This document shows, piece after piece, positions 47,674 through 57,386 of a stretch of 64,000 nucleotides of DNA. How positions within the stretch are numbered: position 1 is the first letter of the stretch; each line of letters begins with the position of its first letter. Position numbers and translations under genes: made by a program. Below the pieces are notes generated by a model. That model searched no databases. It was not told the DNA's origin and saw nothing but the letters and a program-made list of their open reading frames with translations. This DNA is from an uncultured bacterium (GTDB lineage: Bacteria; Patescibacteriota; Microgenomatia; Levybacterales; UBA12049): assembly GCA_963826535.1 (NCBI GenBank), contig CAWGXL010000011.1, forward strand, positions 728,581-792,580. Direction: 5' to 3'.

Positions 47674-48576
47674 ATGACATTTTTGGAAAAATACGAGCTT
47701 CTGAAAAAATCTATTCCTGTTCCGGCTGTGGCAAATGATGCGCAGTCGGTTGGTTGTGATTACTCGGATGGGATGATTGCTAGCAAAAACTGCTTCTTTT
47801 GTGAAGGAACTTTTCAGGAAGATTGCATTTATGCTTTTTATTCAGCTCATGCAAAAAGATTGGTAGATTGTCTTCAAACATCCCAATCGGAAAGATGTTA
47901 TGAATGTGTTAGTTGCTTGAAGTGTCATAGTTGTATTTATCTTATAGATTGCAATAATAATACAGACTGTCATTTTTCCGCTTTATTAAACTCCTGTAAC
48001 GATTGCTTCGGGTGTGTAGGTTTAACACATAAAAAATATTGCATTTTTAACAAACAGTATAATAAGGAAGAATACCTGAAAAAAGTTGAAGAGTTAAAAA
48101 AAGAAAAGCCCGAACAATTACTGGCTCAATTGCTTAAACTAAAACAGCAGATTCCGCATCCGGCAAGTCAGCAGTTCAATTGTGATAATTGTCCTTACGG
48201 TGATCATATCTGGGACTCCAAGAATTGTTATTGGTGTTTTAATAGTTTACTTAATGAAAACTCGGGATATACGTTTAATACAACCGGGCTCTTAAATTGC
48301 TGGGATATGCATTGAGGAGGAAAAACCAGCGGACCTAAAAGCGAGCGATGTTATGAGATGACTAATTCTCTTCTTAACTATGAGTGTGCATTTCTAAGCC
48401 ATAGCGAAAACTGTACGAAATCCTGCTATGGCGCATGGCTTACTAATTGTACAGACTGCTTTGGTTGTATTGGGTTGAAAAACAAAAAATACTGTATTTT
48501 AAATAATCAGCTTACAAAAGATCAATATGAAATAGCGGTAAGAGAGGTTAAAAAAGAACTTGGGTGGACCTCTTGA
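47674..48576 (+). pseudogene. Cys-rich paralog family member interrupted by an in-frame TGA at 48313-48315
   Basis: ORFs 47674-48315 and 48358-48576 are in the same frame and together are collinear with the full-length paralogs. The stop replaces the Phe position of CWDMFFSGG. Confidence 0.5.
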
Positions 48577-48580
48577 AATT

Positions 48581-49489
48581 ATGACCTTTCTTGAAAAATA
48601 TGAGTTTCTGAAGAAATCTGTTCCTGTTAAGGCTTTACGGAATATTGAACCTGAAGGATGTGAATATAGTGAATTTTTGGATTACTGTAAAAATTGCATT
48701 TACTGTTTCGAGTCAGCAAAGTTAATAGATAGTTTGTATACAGTACTTGGCATTTGGGGAACAAAACTTGTAGATTGTACTTCAGTAACAGAATCAGAGA
48801 AATCTTATTATTGTATTGATTCTAATAAATGCTACAACAGCACATATTTAATGGACTGCAATAATTGTACTGACTGCCATTTTTCAGCATTTTTAAACAA
48901 TTGTACAGATTGCTTCAGATGCGTCGCCATTACTCATAAAAAATATTGTATTTTCAACAAACAGTACACAAAACAAGAATATTTTAAAAAAATTGAAGAA
49001 TTAAAAAAAGAGAATCCTGAAAAGTTACTCAATAAAATGATTGATTTAAAAAAACAGATACCTCATCCGGCAAGCCAACAATTCAGCAGTGAGAATTGCC
49101 TGTACGGGAATTACATATATAATTCTAAAAACAGTTACTGGTGTTTTAATAGTTATTACATTGAAAATTCAGGCTATAATTTCATCAGCGGAAATGTTAA
49201 GAATTCTTGGGATTTATATTTTTCCGGAAGCTCTGACAAGTCTGTTGTGACTGAGCGCGGTTATGAATTATATGCTTCCGGCAGGACGATTTATAATTGC
49301 GCATTCTTATCTGACAGTATTTATTGCACTGATTCTTTTTATAGTGATAATCTTATAAATTGCTCCTACTGCTTTGGGTGTGTGGGACTAAAAGGTAAAA
49401 AATACTGCATCCTCAATAATCAACTCACAAAAGACCAATATGATAAAGCTGTGAAAGAGATCAGAAAAGAGCTTGGGTGGAAATATTAG
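48581..49489 (+). CDS. Cys-rich repeat protein, paralog family (MTFLEKYE N-terminus)
   Basis: About 9% Cys. Two internal modules of about 130 aa each end in C-x2-C-F-G-C-V-G-L-x2-KKYCI-x-N-x-Q-x-TK. The PHPASQQF motif is shared. No signal peptide. Confidence 0.55.
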   Translation: MTFLEKYEFLKKSVPVKALRNIEPEGCEYSEFLDYCKNCIYCFESAKLIDSLYTVLGIWGTKLVDCTSVTESEKSYYCIDSNKCYNSTYLMDCNNCTDCHFSAFLNNCTDCFRCVAITHKKYCIFNKQYTKQEYFKKIEELKKENPEKLLNKMIDLKKQIPHPASQQFSSENCLYGNYIYNSKNSYWCFNSYYIENSGYNFISGNVKNSWDLYFSGSSDKSVVTERGYELYASGRTIYNCAFLSDSIYCTDSFYSDNLINCSYCFGCVGLKGKKYCILNNQLTKDQYDKAVKEIRKELGWKY

Positions 49490-49524
49490 TTGTAGTAAAA
49501 ATATTTATTTGGTAGAATGTCCTC

Positions 49525-49800
49525 ATGTCAATATCATTTCCAATTACTATTAAAATTATTTATGAACCTGAAGCAGTTGATGCGCCGTATGTAGCTTATA
49601 TTCCTGAATTTGATATTTCCTCTTGTGGGAAAACAGAAGAAGAGGCAAAAAAACACGCAAGGGAAGTTCTTGAAATTACGCTTGAAGAAGTAGAAAAAAA
49701 ACATAAACTTGAAGAATTTCTCAAGCAAGCCGGAATTTCTATTAAAAATTCAGGCTCATTTCCTAAAATAAGCTTTGAACCTTTTATATTTCACTCTTAA
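49525..49800 (+). CDS. HicB-like antitoxin
   Basis: YVAYIPEFDISSCGKTEEEAKKHAREVLEITLEE matches the HicB core. Confidence 0.6.
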   Translation: MSISFPITIKIIYEPEAVDAPYVAYIPEFDISSCGKTEEEAKKHAREVLEITLEEVEKKHKLEEFLKQAGISIKNSGSFPKISFEPFIFHS

Positions 49801-50030
49801 TGCCCGCAATTAAACCGATTAATTACAGAAAACTTAGAAAAGTATTTGAAAAATTTGGCTGGAAATATGATCGGACAAAAGGTGACCATCTAATTTTTAT
49901 TAAAAAAGGCTATCTTAGGCCAGTAGTCATTCCCACATATAAAACAGTTCCGGTTTTTATTATCAAGAACAATTTGCGTACAGCAAATATAACGAATGAG
50001 GAATATTTTGAGATTTTAAAAAATTTATAA
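49800..50030 (+). CDS. HicA-like toxin
   Basis: KGDHLIFIKKG motif. 76 aa. Paralogous to the ORF at 17458. Confidence 0.6.
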   Translation: MPAIKPINYRKLRKVFEKFGWKYDRTKGDHLIFIKKGYLRPVVIPTYKTVPVFIIKNNLRTANITNEEYFEILKNL

Positions 50031-50037
50031 AATAATT

Positions 50038-50946
50038 ATGACCTTTCTTGAAAAATATGAACTGCTGAAAAAATCTGTTCCTGTTCCGGCGTTGGCACTT
50101 GGGCCTTTTACGGTTGAGACGGTGTACGCTAATTTTGTCTATAGAAGTAAAAATTGTTACTTTTGCTTTGACGGATTCAAGTTGGAAGACAGCATGTATA
50201 CGACGATGGGGGTTTGGGGGAATAAGCTTGTAGATTGTGAAGCAGTTACAGAATCAGAAAAATGTTATAAATGTATAGATAGTAATAAATGTCATAGTTG
50301 TACATACTTAGTAGAAAGTAATGAATGCAGCGATTCCCACTACTGCGCTTTTTTAAATTCATGCACTAATTGTTTCGGTTGCGTTGCTCTCACCCACAAG
50401 AAATATTGTATTTTTAACAAACAGTATACTAAAGTAGAATATTTTAAAAAGGTGGAAGTATTAAATAAGGAAAAACCGGAGAAAATACTTGAGCAAATGT
50501 TTGATCTAAAACAGAAGTTACCTCATCCTGCAAGTCAGCAATTCAATAGCGAAAATAGTCCATATGGCAACTATATTTATAATTCGAAAAACAGCTACTG
50601 GTGTTTTAATAGCTACTATTGTGAAAATTCCGGTTATAATTTTGCAGCTGTAGCAACTAAGAATTGTTGGGATGTGGTTTTTGCTGGTGGAGATCAAGCA
50701 TTAAAAAAAGTTTCTGAGCGATGTTATCAGCTTATGGACTCAATTAATTGTTATGATTGTGCGTATTTACAAAATAGTTCAGAGTCTACGAATTGTTATT
50801 ATGGCGAAATGCTTAGAAATTGTTCAGATTGTTTCGGTTGTGTGGCGTTAACCAATAAAAAATATTGCATCTTGAATATTCAACTCACAAAAAACCAATA
50901 CGAAAAAGCTATTAAAGATATCAAAAAAGAGTTAGGATGGAATTAG
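50038..50946 (+). CDS. Cys-rich repeat protein, paralog family
   Basis: N-terminus MTFLEKYELLKKSVPVPA. Same Cys framework. Confidence 0.55.
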   Translation: MTFLEKYELLKKSVPVPALALGPFTVETVYANFVYRSKNCYFCFDGFKLEDSMYTTMGVWGNKLVDCEAVTESEKCYKCIDSNKCHSCTYLVESNECSDSHYCAFLNSCTNCFGCVALTHKKYCIFNKQYTKVEYFKKVEVLNKEKPEKILEQMFDLKQKLPHPASQQFNSENSPYGNYIYNSKNSYWCFNSYYCENSGYNFAAVATKNCWDVVFAGGDQALKKVSERCYQLMDSINCYDCAYLQNSSESTNCYYGEMLRNCSDCFGCVALTNKKYCILNIQLTKNQYEKAIKDIKKELGWN

Positions 50947-50953
50947 TAGAATT

Positions 50954-51862
50954 ATGACCTTTCTTGAAAAATATGAACTTCTGAAGAAATCTGTTCCGGT
51001 TCCGGCTGTTTTTTCAACTAATTCGTTTGATAGTGAATTTGTTGATACAGTCGTTGACTGTAAGAATTGTTATTATTGTTTCGATACTTACTTTCTTGAA
51101 AATGCTATGTATACAAGTTTTGGAGCATATAATAAAATGCTTGTAGATTGTCATGGAATGGTTAATTCAGAAAAATGTTATGAAAGCTTCGATGGCACAA
51201 AATGCTATAATTCTACCTTCTTAATGGATAGCAATAGTAGTAATGACTGTCATTATTCATCCTATCTCACAACATGCAGCAATTGCTTCGGCTGTGTAGG
51301 TCTGACTCACAAAAAATATTGTATTTTTAATAAGCAATACACAAAGGAAGAATATATTAAGAGAGAAGCGGACTTAAAAAAAGAAGGACCTGAAAAGATG
51401 CTTAAGCAAATGTTTGAATTAAAACAAAAGATACCACATCCTGCAAGTCAGCAATTCAATAGCGAAAATTGTCCATATGGCAATTACATTTTTGATTCAA
51501 AGAATTGTTATTGGGGTTTTTTGGTAAATTATTCTGAAAATTCCGGATATTTATATAATAGTGGTACGATGAAAAATTGTTGGGATATGTTTTTTTCAGG
51601 GGGAAATTTTAACCAAAAATTTTATGCTGAGCGATGTTATGAACAGATGAATACCGGTTTTTGCTACAACTGCGCATTTCTTGCCAGCAGTCAAAACTGT
51701 TCAAATTGTTATTATGGTGAAATGCTTAGAAATTGCTCGGACTGCTTCGGTTGCGTGGGGTTATCAAATAAAAAATATTGTATATTAAATAACCAATTAA
51801 CTAAAGACCAATACGAAAAGGCTGTTAAAGAGATCAGAATAGAGCTTGGGTGGGGGTTTTAA
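50954..51862 (+). CDS. Cys-rich repeat protein, paralog family
   Basis: N-terminus MTFLEKYELLKKSVPVPAV. Same Cys framework. Confidence 0.55.
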   Translation: MTFLEKYELLKKSVPVPAVFSTNSFDSEFVDTVVDCKNCYYCFDTYFLENAMYTSFGAYNKMLVDCHGMVNSEKCYESFDGTKCYNSTFLMDSNSSNDCHYSSYLTTCSNCFGCVGLTHKKYCIFNKQYTKEEYIKREADLKKEGPEKMLKQMFELKQKIPHPASQQFNSENCPYGNYIFDSKNCYWGFLVNYSENSGYLYNSGTMKNCWDMFFSGGNFNQKFYAERCYEQMNTGFCYNCAFLASSQNCSNCYYGEMLRNCSDCFGCVGLSNKKYCILNNQLTKDQYEKAVKEIRIELGWGF

Positions 51863-51920
51863 GGATGTACATAGTTTACATGTTGACAAAATATACATAA
51901 ATATGTATATTTGAGCTATT

Positions 51921-52181
51921 ATGACACAGGTAATGAGTATTAAAGATACAAGAGATAAATTGGCAGAAGTGGTAAATCATGTAAGTGCTACAGGTGACGC
52001 TGTGGTGATTACTAAGTTTGGTAAACCCAAAGTCATGATTGTTCCCATATCGGATAAGAAGCAAAGTGTTTCATCTGCGTTAGACGAGAGTTTTGGAATA
52101 TGGAAGGATAGGCGCGATATAGGCGATACCGGCAAGTGGGTCAGAAACTTAAGAGATAAAATGAGTCGAAGACATGAGTAG
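51921..52181 (+). CDS. Phd/YefM-type antitoxin
   Basis: IKDTRDKLAEVVNHVSATGDAVVITKFGKPKVMIVPI is the canonical Phd/YefM N-terminus. Overlaps the PIN gene. Confidence 0.55.
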   Translation: MTQVMSIKDTRDKLAEVVNHVSATGDAVVITKFGKPKVMIVPISDKKQSVSSALDESFGIWKDRRDIGDTGKWVRNLRDKMSRRHE

Positions 52182-52557
52182 ATATTTAGCAGACACTACG
52201 GTACTTATAGATCATCTACGAAGCGATATACAGGCAAAACAGTTTTTAAAAAAACATGCTCCTTATTTATCTACGGTCACAGTAGCAGAACTGATACAAG
52301 GCACTAAAAACAAAAATGAGTTAAATGTTGTATTAAGAGTATGCAAAGCATTTACAGAATTGGAAATAACTAAAAAGATTTCTAATAAGGCTATAAACTT
52401 ATTAGTAGATTTTCATTTGTCTCATGGGTTACGCTTTTTGGATGCTATAATTGCATCGACTGCGATAGAAAACAATTTGATCTTGGTAACGAAGAATATG
52501 AAAGACTTCAGGTTTATAACAGGTCTTAAAATAATATCTCAAAAAGAGATTTTTTAG
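52174..52557 (+). CDS. vapC: VapC PIN-domain toxin
   Basis: MSRYLADTTVLIDHL N-terminus with the acidic PIN residues. Confidence 0.7.
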   Translation: MSRYLADTTVLIDHLRSDIQAKQFLKKHAPYLSTVTVAELIQGTKNKNELNVVLRVCKAFTELEITKKISNKAINLLVDFHLSHGLRFLDAIIASTAIENNLILVTKNMKDFRFITGLKIISQKEIF

Positions 52558-52662
52558 ATGTGTGAGTTTTTGTTGGAGAAAGATTTTCAGGTTATTACTA
52601 CGTGAGTTATATCAGATGAAAAGAGTACTACAAACATTTAAAATTATAGTATAATAAGAGGT

Positions 52663-53742
52663 ATGAAAAAATTACTTGTTACTATTACGGAAAAGCCGCA
52701 GGTCTATCCGATTATTATTGGTGAGGATCTTGTCGGGACGATAGATTCGCTTTTTGACTTTGGAAAGTATTCTAAAATCGCTATTATAACCGGCAGTAAT
52801 GTGCCGGAGGAGTGGATGAAGAAGTTGCGGGAGTCGCTTCCTTTTGAGTCACATGTTATCAAAGTTCCCTCGGGCGAGAAGGCGAAGACTATTGATACGG
52901 TTATTAATATCTGGAATCAATTGCAGAAGTTGGGGATGGATCGCAAATCGTTGGTTATCAATTTGGGCGGGGGAGTGATCTGCGATATGGGTGGATTCGC
53001 GGCAAGTACGTATTTGCGGGGTATTGATTTTCTTCATATTCCTACAACGGTTATCGCGCAAGTTGACGCAAGCGTTGGAGGCAAGACCGGAATAAATTTC
53101 AATAATAATAAAAATTATATCGGTGTTTTTCAGCATCCAATTGGCGTGGTAATTGATGTGGATACACTGTCGACGCTTCCAAAGAGGATATACAATCAAG
53201 GATTTGCTGAAATTATTAAGCATGGTCTTATCGCTGACCGAGCATATTTTGAGTTTGTAACTTCGAAAAAACCGCAGGATTTTAATACGTCAGAGCTTAC
53301 GCAAATGCTGGCAAAATCCAATGAGATCAAAACCAGGATAGTTGAGGAGGATCAGAGAGAAAGGGGTATCCGGAAAATTGTAAATTTTGGGCATACTATC
53401 GGGCACGCTATTGAGTCGCTTAGTTTTGAGACAGATACGCCATATCTGCATGGGGAGGCGGTGCACGTGGGTATGCTTGTTGAGACAAAAATTTCCGAAT
53501 TGACTGATTTGCTGCAACCTACGGATGCGGCTCTTATCTACGAGCGTCTTAAGCAAACCGGTCTACCGGTCAGTGTGAGTAAAATTAAAATTGAGGATAT
53601 TATTAAAAAAATTAAATCGGATAAGAAAGCAGTTCGCGGGCAAGTTAATTGGACTTTGCTTAATGCGATTGGGCACGCGATTTATAATCAGAAGGTTGAT
53701 GATAAAATAGTTCAGAAGGCTCTTGCTACTGTGGTTAAATAG
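52663..53742 (+). CDS. aroB: 3-dehydroquinate synthase
   Basis: GGGVICDMGGFAASTYLRGIDFLHIPTT and downstream metal-binding His residues. Confidence 0.85.
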   Translation: MKKLLVTITEKPQVYPIIIGEDLVGTIDSLFDFGKYSKIAIITGSNVPEEWMKKLRESLPFESHVIKVPSGEKAKTIDTVINIWNQLQKLGMDRKSLVINLGGGVICDMGGFAASTYLRGIDFLHIPTTVIAQVDASVGGKTGINFNNNKNYIGVFQHPIGVVIDVDTLSTLPKRIYNQGFAEIIKHGLIADRAYFEFVTSKKPQDFNTSELTQMLAKSNEIKTRIVEEDQRERGIRKIVNFGHTIGHAIESLSFETDTPYLHGEAVHVGMLVETKISELTDLLQPTDAALIYERLKQTGLPVSVSKIKIEDIIKKIKSDKKAVRGQVNWTLLNAIGHAIYNQKVDDKIVQKALATVVK

Positions 53743-53759
53743 AAATATAGATTCAATTT

Positions 53760-54125
53760 ATGTCTAAAGTGTTGATAATTGAGGATGATGAGAGTTTGCG
53801 AGCTGTTTACCGGGAAGAATTTGAAGGAGAAGGATTTACAGTCGAAACCGCGAATGATGGTCAGGAGGGGATTGAAAAGTTGGCTTCATTTCTACCGGAT
53901 GTATTGCTTCTAGATATGCTGATGCCGAAAAAGAGTGGATTTGATGTGTTAAAGCATATGAAAGATAATCCGGAATATAAACATATTTCTACTCTTGTTA
54001 TTACAAATATATATACAGATTCACGAGATCTGGTGCAGAATTGGGGGGTTTCATTTGTTCTACTTAAGGTGGATTATACCCCGGGTCAGATAGTTGCGAA
54101 AGTGAGAGAACTTCTTAAAAACTAA
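53760..54125 (+). CDS. stand-alone response-regulator receiver domain
   Basis: VLIIEDDESLR, then the phospho-acceptor Asp in LLLDMLMPKKSG, then a KVDY region. Confidence 0.75.
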   Translation: MSKVLIIEDDESLRAVYREEFEGEGFTVETANDGQEGIEKLASFLPDVLLLDMLMPKKSGFDVLKHMKDNPEYKHISTLVITNIYTDSRDLVQNWGVSFVLLKVDYTPGQIVAKVRELLKN

Positions 54126-54598
54126 ATTCTTAAAGAATCACCATTTCTTTTTAGCCATGTACGATATTGTCTATAGAGGGGGAACATTTTGCGTACTTTT
54201 TCCCAAAATATTCTTGAATGATTCATTTCTACGAGATGGGCGAGTTCGTGAGATATGACATAGTCGATAACGGGTTGAGGAGCCATGATGAGGCGCCAAT
54301 TGAAGTGTAAGTTTCTTTGGCTGTTGCATGAGCCCCAACGAGTTTCCGCATCTGTGATACTCACAGTATGATATTTTAATCCTGAAGTATTGGAAAAATA
54401 ATTTAATCTTTTTTGGATCATATTACGCGCTTGTTGTTTGTACCAGGCAGTTAGATAGCGCTTGGTGATTGCCATGTTCCTGCTTGTTACATAGAATTTG
54501 TCAGTAAATTCCACGATGCTTTTTGTATTTTGCCGAACTTCAAGCGGATATTTTTTTCCTAAGTACCAGAATTCTGTAGTTTTTTTTGATTTGTCCAT
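54122..54598 (-). CDS. YgjP/DUF45-family zinc-dependent hydrolase
   Basis: HELAHLVEMNHSRIFW (HExxH...NHS..FW). Confidence 0.6.
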   Translation of the reverse strand: MDKSKKTTEFWYLGKKYPLEVRQNTKSIVEFTDKFYVTSRNMAITKRYLTAWYKQQARNMIQKRLNYFSNTSGLKYHTVSITDAETRWGSCNSQRNLHFNWRLIMAPQPVIDYVISHELAHLVEMNHSRIFWEKVRKMFPLYRQYRTWLKRNGDSLRI

Positions 54599-54755
54599 AT
54601 ACGACTTACGCAGTTGTCATTCCCGCGAAGGCGGGAATCCAGAATTTATAAATATTATTTTCCGTACAAATGCGTAGGCTGTCCATGTGGGGTTAAAGAT
54701 CAAAGTTATTTATACTACTGTTTTTTGAGGCTTGTAGTCAAGAGCGTTAAAAAAA

Positions 54756-54795
54756 TTGACAATAAACCTATAGTTGTGATATAAAGCTAATCAAT
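54756..54795 (+). promoter_or_regulatory. second copy of the conserved promoter / 5' UTR block
   Basis: TTGACAATAAACCTATAGTTGTGATATAAAGCTAATCAATATGG. Confidence 0.55.
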
Positions 54796-55473
54796 ATGGT
54801 TGAAAGATTAGCACATCCAAGGAGTGAAGTAGTGGTTTTAATGTGGTCGAGAGTTAGCGAATATATATCTATACCCCACACATCGGAATTGGTTACCGCG
54901 ACATTTCAGTCAATCTGGAAGGAGCGGGAATCTAGAGTTGCTCATTTACTTGAGGAACCATTTAATCCTATTGCGAATTGTGATCGTACCACACAAGAAA
55001 TAGCTAAGTCTGAAAAAGAGGGAAAAAGGCTTGGCTATTTACCACCTGAACTTGCGGCAGGGGAAAACCGTCATATCTTAGCTGCCATGTTCCCTCAAAT
55101 GGAAAGCCGCAGCTGTCAAGAAGGAAATATTGTTACCAACCAATATTTACCCTTCGGGTGGTTTGATTATGAAGCTGCAATAGAAGCTCCTTATCTCGAG
55201 ACAAATGAAGTTGAATTAAGAGAATTGTTTGACAGAGAAGGACGAAAAGGCATAAATCTAACACAATACATTGTAGCTGGGCAGGATAGCAAGCTTTTTA
55301 CTGGAAGAAATCTTGATGAAGTTGGGACATGGGTTCGCCTACTGGGTTCCCGCAAAGGCGGCCGCGTGGTCGATGCCAACTTTAGTCCTTTCAACACCCT
55401 GTACGTGGGCTGGGAGCTTGATCCTCGGTTTCACGATGACGTACTTGGTGGTCGTTCCGTGGGAGTAAAATAA
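54796..55473 (+). CDS. hypothetical protein
   Basis: 225-aa ORF downstream of the same conserved promoter block as the 6239 ORF. Confidence 0.4.
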   Translation: MVERLAHPRSEVVVLMWSRVSEYISIPHTSELVTATFQSIWKERESRVAHLLEEPFNPIANCDRTTQEIAKSEKEGKRLGYLPPELAAGENRHILAAMFPQMESRSCQEGNIVTNQYLPFGWFDYEAAIEAPYLETNEVELRELFDREGRKGINLTQYIVAGQDSKLFTGRNLDEVGTWVRLLGSRKGGRVVDANFSPFNTLYVGWELDPRFHDDVLGGRSVGVK

Positions 55474-55508
55474 ACTAAGTCGATATCCCCTTTATCATTG
55501 TTTTGATC

Positions 55509-55739
55509 TTAGTATTTTCTCATTGAAGAATGGACAATAACCTTTTTTGAAATAACCGATAGATCTGGAATAAACTTTCCGGTACCACAACCAAAATCCA
55601 AAACTATTTTATTTTTTAATTTAGGCCTTAGAAAGCTTACGACCTTTTTAGGAAAATCTTCTGCAAGGCTAAATTGATCATAAATGTCTGATTTAATAGT
55701 AAAAATATTAGAAGTTGCTACAAGTCTATCGTTTATCAT
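55509..55739 (-). pseudogene. truncated remnant of a class I SAM methyltransferase (motif I only)
   Basis: A 76-aa ORF contains VLDFGCGTGKF and then terminates. Probable fragment. Confidence 0.25.
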
Positions 55740-55790
55740 AAAAGTTATACCAAATTGTTTAGGATATTATACTACCTCAGTCAAAGAAGA

Positions 55791-56381
55791 TTATTGAGGT
55801 TCCGGGGGGAGGAATTCTTCTCCGCCGCTGTCGTTTGAGGCGGGTTTTTGGGGATATTCGTGGGGTTTGAGCCAGTAGATATAGGGGCATCCTGTTGCTT
55901 TTCTTGCTTTGGAATCCCAGCCGGCGGTGCTGCATTTTTTCATTTTTTTGCCGCTAACAGTCGTGTAGAGGATTAGTTTGCTGCCACACTCTGGGCATTC
56001 TTCGTCAAGCTGTTCCGTCGTGCCGTTTATCCACTCGACATAATCACATCCTACAGTTTTCTTGGTTACTTTGTCCCAACTTCCGGTTGAGCATTTTTTC
56101 ATTTTCTTTCCAAAGCGGGTGACCGCGAGGACTAATTTTGAACCGCATTTGGGACACTTTTCATCTAACTCTTGCGGTTCAACTTCAAGCCACTTTACGT
56201 AGTCACATCCAATAGTTTTTCGCGTTTCCATATCCCAGGATCCAGTGGAGCAGCGTTGTAATTTTCTTCCTGTTTTTGTGAGTGTTATTTCTCCGAGCGG
56301 GCTGCCGCATTTGGGACAGATATCCTTTGATGGGTTCTGGACTGTGTCTTTTGGGATTGTTTTATCGTCGGCTTTTGCCAT
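55791..56381 (-). CDS. stand-alone protein with three topoisomerase-I-type C4 zinc ribbons
   Basis: Three repeats of CPxCGSxL...GKKxxKCSTGSWD...GCDYVxW. Confidence 0.55.
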   Translation of the reverse strand: MAKADDKTIPKDTVQNPSKDICPKCGSPLGEITLTKTGRKLQRCSTGSWDMETRKTIGCDYVKWLEVEPQELDEKCPKCGSKLVLAVTRFGKKMKKCSTGSWDKVTKKTVGCDYVEWINGTTEQLDEECPECGSKLILYTTVSGKKMKKCSTAGWDSKARKATGCPYIYWLKPHEYPQKPASNDSGGEEFLPPEPQ

Positions 56382-56465
56382 GTGTTTTATATTACTGTTT
56401 TTTGAACCTTGAAGTCAAGAGTGCTCTTGCATGTTTGCAACTTTTGATGAATAATTGATATTAAG

Positions 56466-57386
56466 ATGGAAAAACAACAAAATGGAATTGGATTTGGAAT
56501 GCTTTTGGGAGGAATAGGTGCGGGGATTTTTATTATTATGGTTATTTTTTTAGCGTTTAAATACTTCAATGTTAATTCTTTACAAGAAGTACTTTATCCC
56601 GGCTCTTCCCAACCAAGTCAGTCAGCAAAACAAAATACTAGTGATATAGATCCAGCAATAATTATCGCGAAGGTTGGTGCTGAAAATATTTATCAAATAG
56701 ATTTAGATATGGAGATTTCCGGTTATCCAATGCAAATAAATGAAGATATTAAGAAGCTGCTACTGCAAAAAGTTGTAAAAGATTCAATAATTTTGCAAGC
56801 GGCTAATGCTGAAAAATTAATAGATCTTGATGAAAGCGTATTTAATTCACTACAAAAGGATTACATAAAACGGACAAAGCTTGTTGCGGATGCCCGAACA
56901 ATCTATGAAAACAATCAAAATAGTATCAGCGGAAGCGTAATTTCTATCTGGTTTTATAATATGCAACCCGGTGCGGTTGGATATGATAAAGGGAAAGAAA
57001 TAGCATTTAACAAAATCACTACATTACACAGCAACTTAAAAAGTAAAAAGATTACGATACAACAGGCTGCCCAAGTGATAATAGATGACAAATCATTGGC
57101 GCAGGTTGATGAATCGTATGATTCAAACGCGATACTTACTTTTAAAGCAGAACCCAAAGATGAAATTACCTTTGATCCTGTTTTTGACAGTCTAATCCGG
57201 CAGCTAGCGCAAGGTCAAATATCTAATATTTATTTGGCTAAAGATAAAAACAGGGATACAGATAAGATGATAGATGCAGTATATATGTTTGCCCAAGTGA
57301 ATGAGAGAAATACAACCGGAAAGACAATTGATTTTGACATGTGGTACGGACAAAAAGAAAAAAGCTATGAAATTGTTTACTATTAA
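56466..57386 (+). CDS. hypothetical membrane-anchored extracytoplasmic protein
   Basis: N-terminal TM GIGAGIFIIMVIFLAF. 306 aa. Confidence 0.4.
   Translation: MEKQQNGIGFGMLLGGIGAGIFIIMVIFLAFKYFNVNSLQEVLYPGSSQPSQSAKQNTSDIDPAIIIAKVGAENIYQIDLDMEISGYPMQINEDIKKLLLQKVVKDSIILQAANAEKLIDLDESVFNSLQKDYIKRTKLVADARTIYENNQNSISGSVISIWFYNMQPGAVGYDKGKEIAFNKITTLHSNLKSKKITIQQAAQVIIDDKSLAQVDESYDSNAILTFKAEPKDEITFDPVFDSLIRQLAQGQISNIYLAKDKNRDTDKMIDAVYMFAQVNERNTTGKTIDFDMWYGQKEKSYEIVYY

Noticed and set aside
48313-48315. In-frame TGA read as selenocysteine or as a recoded sense codon (alternative genetic code)
   Set aside because: TGA clearly functions as a stop elsewhere, for example the prs stop ATGTGA overlapping the recR start at 11601-11604. 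The TGA aligns with a Phe, not a Cys, in the paralogs, and no SECIS-like hairpin follows.
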